Source: Minisyncoccota bacterium
GTDB taxonomy: Bacteria > Patescibacteriota > Minisyncoccia > Phycocordibacterales > UBA9973
Assembly (NCBI GenBank): GCA_035714785.1
Contig: DASTLQ010000008.1
Coordinates: forward strand, 1,713 to 65,712
Length of the DNA: 64,000 bases
Direction of reading: 5' to 3'
Shown: one piece after another, positions 57,524-64,000 of the stretch
Layout of the letters: every line of letters begins with the position of its first letter
How positions within the stretch are numbered: the stretch's first letter is position 1
Notes under the pieces: generated by a model
Seen by the model: only the letters and a program-made list of their open reading frames with translations
Told to the model about the DNA's origin: nothing
Databases searched by the model: none
Made by a program: the position numbers and the translations under genes

Positions 57524-58006
57524 TTATTGGTTATCGTATTTTTCAAATTCTCCATTAATTATTTCAAGTTCTACCCCGGCTTCCTTAAATATTTCCTTGC
57601 TTCTCGTTCCTGCATGATAATCTTTCATGGTTACTACTCTTTTTATGCCAGCACTGATGATACCCTTGGCACATGAATAGCATGGAGTCATTTTACAGTA
57701 CAAAGTCGCACCATTTACCGCTATGCCAAATCTGGCTGCCTGAGCAATCGCGTTTTGTTCTGCATGAGCTGTGCGCACGCAATGCATGGACTCCGTTCCG
57801 TCTTCGTTTATTACCTTGTGCATCTCGTGTCCGGCTTCATCGCAGTGAGGAAGACCTGGTGGAGCACCGATATATCCAGTGGATATTACTCTTTTATCAA
57901 GAGTAATCACACATCCGCTCTTTCCCCTATCACACGTAGAGCGAGTACCGACATAATCAATCATTCCTATAAAATATTCATCCCAAGAGGGTCTTTCTAG
58001 AGCCAT
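57524..58006 (-). CDS. comEB: dCMP deaminase (ComEB/cytidine-deoxycytidylate deaminase family)
   Basis: The zinc motif is HAEQNA ... PCYSCAKGI. Confidence 0.85.
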   Translation of the reverse strand: MALERPSWDEYFIGMIDYVGTRSTCDRGKSGCVITLDKRVISTGYIGAPPGLPHCDEAGHEMHKVINEDGTESMHCVRTAHAEQNAIAQAARFGIAVNGATLYCKMTPCYSCAKGIISAGIKRVVTMKDYHAGTRSKEIFKEAGVELEIINGEFEKYDNQ

Positions 58007-58051
58007 GTATTAAATATACTCCCAAATAAAATAAAAACCAACCAGCAAAAC

Positions 58052-58105
58052 AGGGTAAGGGGACCCCTTACCCTGTGGATAACATGCAAGGGGACCCCTT
58101 ACACC
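58052..58105. repeat. REP-like repeat cluster R15 (2 core units plus DnaA-box 9-mer) abutting the rplK stop
   Basis: CAGGGTAAGGGGACCCCTTACCCTGTGGATAACATGCAAGGGGACCCCTTACACC. Confidence 0.85.
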
Positions 58106-58530
58106 TAGTCTTTTACGTCGATTCCCATAGAGCGGGCAGAGCCTGCTACGATGCGGATAGCGCCTTCGATATCTTTTGCGTTTAGATCTGGCATTTTCTT
58201 TTCTGCGATTGCCTGTGCCTGTGCTTTAGTGATTTTTCCAGCCTTGCTGACAGTGTTTTTACCTGATCCCTTTTCGATTCCAGCAGCTTTCAAAATAAGT
58301 CCTGATACTGGAGGAGTCTTAACGACAAAATCGTAGCTTCGGTCTTCGTATACGGAAACATTTACAGATACTGTGTCGCCCATCATCTTAGAAGTGGCAG
58401 CGTTAAACTTGGTGACAAAGTCTCCGATATTGATTCCTGCCTGTCCAAGTGCTGGTCCAAGAGGAGGAGCTGGAGTAGCCTTTCCTGCTGGAATCTGAAG
58501 CTTTATTTTTTTTGTTACTTTTTTAGCCAT
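58105..58530 (-). CDS. rplK: 50S ribosomal protein L11
   Basis: [34 protein letters not shown]. Confidence 0.9.
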   Translation of the reverse strand: MAKKVTKKIKLQIPAGKATPAPPLGPALGQAGINIGDFVTKFNAATSKMMGDTVSVNVSVYEDRSYDFVVKTPPVSGLILKAAGIEKGSGKNTVSKAGKITKAQAQAIAEKKMPDLNAKDIEGAIRIVAGSARSMGIDVKD

Positions 58531-58581
58531 ATTTTTATATTTCTTTACTTAAAGCGCCCATGTCTCAACTGACAGATTACC

Positions 58582-59127
58582 CTATGTTCTCTTAACTTGC
58601 AAGAAGTCTAATTCTACTGGGGTTTCTCGGCCGAACATTGATACTAATACTTTTACCTTGCCTCTTTCTTGATCTACTGCATCCACTTTTCCTTCTAAAT
58701 CTCTAAATGGACCGTCAGTGATGCGTACCATTTCTCCGATTGCAAGATCAATATTGTGCTTTGCTGGTTCTCCATCCATTTTCTTAAACAGAAAATCAAC
58801 TTCGTCTTTTCGAAGGGGCACAGGATTTATTCCAGCTCCTACGAACCCAGTGACGCGTGGAGTGTTGCGCACTACGTACCATGAATCATCCGTCACTATC
58901 ATATCCACCAATACGTATCCGGGATATATTTTTTCTTCGACTTCTACCCTCTTTCCTCCTTTTACTTTTATTTTCTTTTCTACCGGTACTACTACATTAA
59001 AAATTTTCTCGTGCATCATCAGAGAGTCTATGCGCTGCTTCAAATTGCGCAGAACGACATTTTCGTATCCTGCGTAAGTATGAATGGCGTACCAATTTCT
59101 TGTACCTTGGTTTTCTTGCTTTGACAT
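58582..59127 (-). CDS. nusG: Transcription termination/antitermination factor NusG
   Basis: An NGN domain (NWYAIHTYAGYENVV) and a KOW domain (GEMVRITDGPFRDLEGKV) are present. The start is trimmed to MSKQENQ. Confidence 0.85.
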   Translation of the reverse strand: MSKQENQGTRNWYAIHTYAGYENVVLRNLKQRIDSLMMHEKIFNVVVPVEKKIKVKGGKRVEVEEKIYPGYVLVDMIVTDDSWYVVRNTPRVTGFVGAGINPVPLRKDEVDFLFKKMDGEPAKHNIDLAIGEMVRITDGPFRDLEGKVDAVDQERGKVKVLVSMFGRETPVELDFLQVKRT

Positions 59128-59140
59128 ATTATTTTTATTG

Positions 59141-59319
59141 TTAGAACAATAGCTCCAATGCTCGGAGGAAGATGAAGTCAAAGAGTCCGAGGAAATAAGC
59201 CACGAGGATGGAAAGAACAATAACGATAACAGTGTAATGCACTGTTTGCATCTTGCCTGGCCATACTACATGCCTCAATTCTCCTTTTATTTCTTTGAAA
59301 TATTCGGTTACTTTTGCCA
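59141..59319 (-). CDS. secE: Protein translocase subunit SecE (59 aa, below the ORF-track cutoff)
   Basis: The manual translation is MAKVTEYFKEIKGELRHVVWPGKMQTVHYTVIVIVLSILVAYFLGLFDFIFLRALELLF. It has a single TM helix and lies upstream of nusG. Confidence 0.55.
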
Positions 59320-59387
59320 TATTCTTTTAAAAAAGCCCCTCGTGGGGCTCTTTTAATATACTCCTTTCACAAAAAATGTCAATTTTA

Positions 59388-59467
59388 GGTGTAAGGGGTC
59401 CCCTTACACTTTATCCACACCCTGTGGATAACATGCAAGGGGACCCCTTGCCCCTTGCGCCTTGCGC
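59388..59467. repeat. REP-like repeat cluster R16 (2 core units, 2 DnaA-box 9-mers, CCCCTTGCGCCTTGCGC tail)
   Basis: GGTGTAAGGGGTCCCCTTACACTTTATCCACACCCTGTGGATAACATGCAAGGGGACCCCTTGCCCCTTGCGCC. Confidence 0.85.
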
Positions 59468-60265
59468 TTAGCGGATGCGGTAAGTGATGGTTACGTTTGA
59501 GCTGATGGTATTTTCTCCGGCTGGTAGCTCGGCGGTCATTTTTGCTTCGTTGGCCATAGTTCGTACAGCAGAATCGTACATCATTGGATACATAGCTCCG
59601 TCGTTTTCCTCATAGAAAGATGCTACTCCTACAAGACGGACACCTAGATCCTTTGCTAATGCTTTTGCTTTTTCCCTGGCTTCATCGATTGCCTTCTTGC
59701 GAGCTTCTGCTGAGAGCTCATCTTTTTCATCGATTTCAAAGTTTGGACCTGATAGCTCTGTGACACCTACGGCTGCTAGGTCTTCCATGATTTTTCCAGC
59801 AGTATCAATGCTTCTAACTTTTACGCTAATAGTTTCAAAAGACTGATATCCAGTGATAGTATTTTTGCCTGGTCGAGGAGGACATCCGTATTGATTACAT
59901 GGCAGAGCTGTTCCGTAAACATATTCATACTTTGGATTGAAAGAAGCGCTCACTGTCTTTATATCTTTCTCTTCAATTTCATTTGTTCTAAGAACTTCAA
60001 GAGCTTTTGTTTCGATAGTTGCTACTTGCTCCTGTGCATCAGAGACAGTCTTTGCTTCACCTCTGATGGTAAAAGAAATAGTTGCAATATCTGGTACTGC
60101 ATTTACTTCCCCGCGTCCTGAGACTGTAATAGTATTTTCTAATCCGTCGTTACCTACGAAGCCAAATTCCTGAATGGACTTAATAGCAAAGTATACGGAA
60201 AGGATGATAAGGAAAACAATCGCAGCAAAAAACAGATTCTTTTTATATTGATTAGGTACGTCCAT
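59468..60265 (-). CDS. SIMPL (DUF541) domain protein, second paralog
   Basis: N-terminal TM helix and the SIMPL pattern (..TITVSGRGEVNAVPDIATISFTIRGEAKT..). Confidence 0.65.
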   Translation of the reverse strand: MDVPNQYKKNLFFAAIVFLIILSVYFAIKSIQEFGFVGNDGLENTITVSGRGEVNAVPDIATISFTIRGEAKTVSDAQEQVATIETKALEVLRTNEIEEKDIKTVSASFNPKYEYVYGTALPCNQYGCPPRPGKNTITGYQSFETISVKVRSIDTAGKIMEDLAAVGVTELSGPNFEIDEKDELSAEARKKAIDEAREKAKALAKDLGVRLVGVASFYEENDGAMYPMMYDSAVRTMANEAKMTAELPAGENTISSNVTITYRIR

Positions 60266-60277
60266 TTTAATTATTTA

Positions 60278-60787
60278 TTATTGTATTGCTAATAGTTCAA
60301 CTTCGAAGATAAGTACAGCATTTCCTGGAATCACGCCTGGAATTCCAACTGGTCCATATCCGAATTCTGGAGAAATCTCTAATAGTCTTTTTTCCCCTAC
60401 TTTCATTCCAACCACTCCTTCATCCCATCCCTGTATTACCCGACCTTCGCCAAGAGTAAAGCTAAATGGTTCTACGTGTTGAAACTTTGGATCTACGTTT
60501 GAGTCAAAAACTGTTCCATTTTCAAGCCTTCCTGTGTAATTTACAGAAACTGTATCCCCTGTTTTTGCTTCTGCGCCCTGTCCTTCACTGACGGTGGTTG
60601 TCTTTACCCCAGTGATTTCTTCACTTTCCTCGATTTCATTTTCGTTTGGTGTATTCATAATTTGATCCAGAGAAGTGTCACTTCTGTAATTTTCGACATT
60701 TTTCCCTTTGCCATTAATGGTAATAAAAACTAAAACTGCTAACACTACTAATACTACTATTCCGTATATTATTGTTTTGTTATTCAT
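60278..60787 (-). CDS. FKBP-type peptidyl-prolyl cis-trans isomerase (membrane anchored)
   Basis: GDTVSVNYTGRLENGTVFDSN...FTLGEGRVIQGWDEGVVGMKVGEKR. Confidence 0.8.
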   Translation of the reverse strand: MNNKTIIYGIVVLVVLAVLVFITINGKGKNVENYRSDTSLDQIMNTPNENEIEESEEITGVKTTTVSEGQGAEAKTGDTVSVNYTGRLENGTVFDSNVDPKFQHVEPFSFTLGEGRVIQGWDEGVVGMKVGEKRLLEISPEFGYGPVGIPGVIPGNAVLIFEVELLAIQ

Positions 60788-60790
60788 AAG

Positions 60791-61807
60791 CTACATTATA
60801 TTCACTTCTCGTTCTAAATTCAAGCCGAACTTTTCTTTTACTGAAATTATGATTTTTTGAGACAAATCCATTATTTCCTGTCCAGAGGCGCCTCCGTGAT
60901 TTACTAAAACCAGTGCTTGTTTGTCATGCACCCCAGTACTCCCTATTTTCTTCCCTTTCCAACCACACTGCTCAATCAGCCACCCTGACGGAACCTTTAC
61001 CATATCATCTTCTTCAAAAGAAGGGATCTCGGGATACTGTTTTTTTAATTCTTCCAACTTTTCTCGATCTACAAAAACGTTTTTAAAGAAACTGCCGGCA
61101 TTTCCGGTCACTCGAGGATCCGGAAGTTTACTTTTTCTGATTGCTACCACTGCATCACTTATATCTTTTGGGCTTCGTGCCTCGATTTTATTTAATTCCA
61201 GATATTCCTGCAATACGCGATAGCTTGTATTCATTTTTCCTTTTTTACTGAGTACAAAATTCACCGCGGAAATAAAATATTTACCTTTTAGGCTGGTCTT
61301 GAAAACACTAGTTCGATATCCGAGCTCACATTCTTCTTTATTAAAAATTCTCTTCGCTCCAGTTTCGATTTCAAATGCTTCAACACTTTCCAGTGTTTCT
61401 TTTATTTCCACACCGTAGGCTCCGATATTTTGCATAGGAGCAGCTCCGACAGTACCGGGCACTAGGGATAGGTTTTCTAGCCCCCAATATTCCCGATCAA
61501 CGCTAAACTTTACCAAGTCATGCCAAATCTCTCCACCCATCACCCGCACCACCACTTCTTCATCTGTTTCATTTATTATTTCAATGCCTTTCAAGCTATT
61601 TAAAATCACCAGCCCGTCAAAGTCGCGAGTAAAAAGAATATTACTTCCTCCACCTAAAAAAAGCTTTTGGTTATTTTTAAAAATTGGATCTCTGAAAAGC
61701 TCTGCAATCTCGACTTCCTCTTTTACTTCCACGAAATATTTTGCTTTAGCAGGAACGCCAAAAGTGTTTAGTGCCGACAAATCGTAATTTTCAAAAAATT
61801 TTATCAT
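60791..61807 (-). CDS. murB: UDP-N-acetylenolpyruvoylglucosamine reductase
   Basis: An FAD-binding segment (LGGGSNILF) and full-length similarity to MurB. Confidence 0.85.
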   Translation of the reverse strand: MIKFFENYDLSALNTFGVPAKAKYFVEVKEEVEIAELFRDPIFKNNQKLFLGGGSNILFTRDFDGLVILNSLKGIEIINETDEEVVVRVMGGEIWHDLVKFSVDREYWGLENLSLVPGTVGAAPMQNIGAYGVEIKETLESVEAFEIETGAKRIFNKEECELGYRTSVFKTSLKGKYFISAVNFVLSKKGKMNTSYRVLQEYLELNKIEARSPKDISDAVVAIRKSKLPDPRVTGNAGSFFKNVFVDREKLEELKKQYPEIPSFEEDDMVKVPSGWLIEQCGWKGKKIGSTGVHDKQALVLVNHGGASGQEIMDLSQKIIISVKEKFGLNLEREVNIM

Positions 61808-61868
61808 ATCGTAATGTTGGGGAATTAATTATACACGGAATATTCGCTACGGAAAAAGTTTTTAAAAA

Positions 61869-63137
61869 TTATGGAAGAATCAATGCGGCAAATCCAAGAA
61901 AGGCCAAGAAACCAAGGACGTCGGTAGCGGTAGTAATAAATATGGTAGCAGAAGTCGCAGGATCCTTTCCTATTTTTTTCATTATCAGTGGGACCAGTGT
62001 TCCAAAGAAACCCGCTACAAAAAGCGCCACCACCATGGCCATCGAGAGCACCAGAGCGAGCTTCAAATCGCGGTTTATAATATACACTATCACTGCCACA
62101 GCTATACCATTTATAAATCCATTTATCACCCCGGCCTCCATTTCTCTTTTTAAAACTACCCATGCATTTTTTAGATCAATTTGCTTGAGAGCGATTCCGC
62201 GAACCACTACCGCCAAGGACTGCGTACCCGCATTTCCTCCCATTCCTGCTACTATCGGCATGTATACCGCGAGCAACACGTACTTAGAAATCGTATCTTC
62301 AAAAAGCGACACTGTGAATGCAGCAAAGAAAGCAGTAGCGAGGTTTAAGATCAACCACCTGTATCTATTTTTTACTTTTTGTTTCACTGAATCTCCTACA
62401 CTTTCCTCTGTGTTAACTCCAGCAAAATCGTAAAGAGATGCAGCCGCCTGTTTTTTCTCTATCCTCAAGAGGTCATCTGAATAAATAAATCCGATAATAT
62501 TCTGGTCTTCTCCTATTACTCCTACTTTATTGTGGGGATGGTTACTAAAAATCTTCAAGACTTCCTCGTAGGATGCATCATGTTTTACGATCAATAGTTT
62601 TCGTACATATAAATCAATAGTCTCTTCGGGTTTAGCAAAGCCTAATTCATGAATAGGAAGGTAGCCGGAAATTTTTCCATCTTTCATCACCACCACCACG
62701 GGCAATCTTCCTGTCCTTTTTTCATGAACTTTAAATTGCTTTGCTACTTTGGAAAAAGTATCAGTATTTTCTGCCTTCACGAAATCTAGGTCCATCAGAC
62801 CTGCCGCAGTAAGAGGATCGAATTTTGCCAGAAAAGAAACGCTCTCCCTAAATTCTTCTTTCAAGCGTGCAATTATTGATTTTTGTCTATATTTAGAGAG
62901 AAGCTGTACGATGTCTGTGGCAACATCAGGATCTAGATGTTCTAAAATGGCCACCACTTCTTCGTCCTTTAAATTTTTTAAAATCTCTCTTTTTATATTA
63001 GTACTAAGACGCAGAACAACCATAGCTCTATCCTTTTGAGATAGCCCTAAAAATATCTTCACTCTTTCGTGAGGATAAAAACTAATCCGATGAACCACGG
63101 AAGCAAGATCTGATTGGGGAATTTTTATATCAGGCAT
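61869..63137 (-). CDS. mgtE: Magnesium transporter MgtE
   Basis: An N-terminal domain, CBS pair, and a C-terminal TM domain (GNAGTQSLAVVVRGIAL). Confidence 0.85.
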   Translation of the reverse strand: MPDIKIPQSDLASVVHRISFYPHERVKIFLGLSQKDRAMVVLRLSTNIKREILKNLKDEEVVAILEHLDPDVATDIVQLLSKYRQKSIIARLKEEFRESVSFLAKFDPLTAAGLMDLDFVKAENTDTFSKVAKQFKVHEKRTGRLPVVVVMKDGKISGYLPIHELGFAKPEETIDLYVRKLLIVKHDASYEEVLKIFSNHPHNKVGVIGEDQNIIGFIYSDDLLRIEKKQAAASLYDFAGVNTEESVGDSVKQKVKNRYRWLILNLATAFFAAFTVSLFEDTISKYVLLAVYMPIVAGMGGNAGTQSLAVVVRGIALKQIDLKNAWVVLKREMEAGVINGFINGIAVAVIVYIINRDLKLALVLSMAMVVALFVAGFFGTLVPLIMKKIGKDPATSATIFITTATDVLGFLAFLGFAALILP

Positions 63138-63152
63138 ATATATAGTATAAGC

Positions 63153-63719
63153 TTATGCTCTTATCAAATCCACCGTCCCCTCAGGGTGAAGACGAATCAC
63201 CCGTGAAGCCTTTCCTTCCACAGTTCCAGCGTCCAAGTATAAAGACACTTCATCTCCAAAATATTTTCTAGCTTCCTCGATAGTCAGAGCTGGATCGTGC
63301 CCCTCCCTATTTGCCGAAGGCGCTATCAATGGTCCTACTTTTTCTAACAATTCTCGCAGGTGTTCCGAAGCTGGCAACCGAAAAGCAAGGGATTTGGTTC
63401 CTCGATGTAAATATTTAAAATCCTCCGATGGGCAATCGAAAATAATACTAGTGGGACCAGGCCAATATTCCTCTATTTTTTCTTTTTGCAAAACGGAGAG
63501 CGAAATTTCAAATTTTTCTAACTGGTCAGCATTTCCGATTAGAATTATGCAAGGCTTTTCTTTATTTCTACCTCGCAGTTCATAAATTTTATCCACTGTT
63601 TCTGCATGCAGTGCGCTACCCACAATTCCATACAAAGTATCGGTTGGCATTACCAACACCTCCCCTCTTTTCAACATGTTTTCTAGTTCTTCGTTATTCC
63701 AAATATTATCAGAAGCCAT
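63153..63719 (-). CDS. tsaC: L-threonylcarbamoyladenylate synthase (TsaC/YrdC family)
   Basis: ..VLVMPTDTLYGIVGSALHAETVDKIYELRGRNKEKP.. Confidence 0.8.
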   Translation of the reverse strand: MASDNIWNNEELENMLKRGEVLVMPTDTLYGIVGSALHAETVDKIYELRGRNKEKPCIILIGNADQLEKFEISLSVLQKEKIEEYWPGPTSIIFDCPSEDFKYLHRGTKSLAFRLPASEHLRELLEKVGPLIAPSANREGHDPALTIEEARKYFGDEVSLYLDAGTVEGKASRVIRLHPEGTVDLIRA

Positions 63720-63808
63720 GCATATATCTTAACACGGCTTCATTGCGTCTTTAATATCCTCCGGCAAAAATTAAAAAGACCCTGTCGGTGCAGGGTCTTT
63801 AAGTAGCA

Positions 63809-63958
63809 CTAGATAGGTCTTTGGCCACCAATTACTCGGAGGATGATCGCCACAACGGCGATAACCAAAAGAAGATGGATCAAGCCTCCGAGAGTATAGG
63901 ATGTCAATAATCCAAGCAACCAAAGCACGATGAGCACTACCGCTATTCCGTATAACAT
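63809..63958 (-). CDS. Small hydrophobic membrane protein (lmo0937-like, 49 aa)
   Basis: The manual translation is MLYGIAVVLIVLWLLGLLTSYTLGGLIHLLLVIAVVAIILRVIGGQRPI. A hairpin terminator (AAAGACCCTGTCGGTGCAGGGTCTTT) lies just downstream. Confidence 0.4.
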   Translation of the reverse strand: MLYGIAVVLIVLWLLGLLTSYTLGGLIHLLLVIAVVAIILRVIGGQRPI

Positions 63959-64000
63959 AGTATTTTTTTGATTAACGCTAATAATTATAATGCAACCGGA

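Overview
This 64-kb window is low-GC (about 35-40%), gene-dense and mostly coded on the minus strand. It looks like a reduced-genome, CPR/Patescibacteria-like bacterium. The core content is a near-complete S10-spc ribosomal protein cluster (rpsJ through secY, without L30), the str region (rpsL, rpsG, fusA, tuf), rplK-nusG-secE, rplJL, secDF, gatCA, folD, rodA, a nucleotide-metabolism group (adk, cmk, pyrH-like, thyA, folA, dCMP deaminase, MazG-like), and an unlinked 23S-5S rRNA operon with no 16S.

The most striking feature is a dispersed family of REP-like palindromic repeats at 16 loci. The core is a 21-23 bp perfect palindrome, GTGTAAGGGGTCCCCTTACAC or CATGCAAGGGGWCCCCTTGCATG. It is usually flanked by the 9-mer TTATCCACA, which is identical to the DnaA-box consensus. 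A second palindromic module, AAGGGTCCACCTTCGCC-nnn-GGCGAAGGTGGACCCTT, occurs at three loci. The likely cognate REP-associated tyrosine transposase (a HUH Y1 enzyme) sits at 29469-30161 with repeat clusters on both sides. Two copies of the repeat are inserted in frame, in the same orientation and reading frame, into the essential genes gatA and purH. Other repeat clusters mark operon boundaries and flank a two-gene insertion between fusA and tuf.

Other notable items:
- Group I introns without ORFs interrupt a tRNA(CAT) and the 23S rRNA (two introns), and the 23S also carries an IVS-like insertion.
- A three-gene island with repeated promoter/terminator cassettes splits thyA from folA.
- A pair of tandem paralogs forms duplicated promoter-gene-terminator units.
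- A secreted protein combines an ice-binding-like domain with an IPT/TIG domain.
- A 956-aa secreted lipase-like protein is present.
- Several promoters look leaderless.

Nothing here was checked against a database. All coordinates for RNA genes, repeats and promoters were read by eye and are approximate to a few nucleotides.
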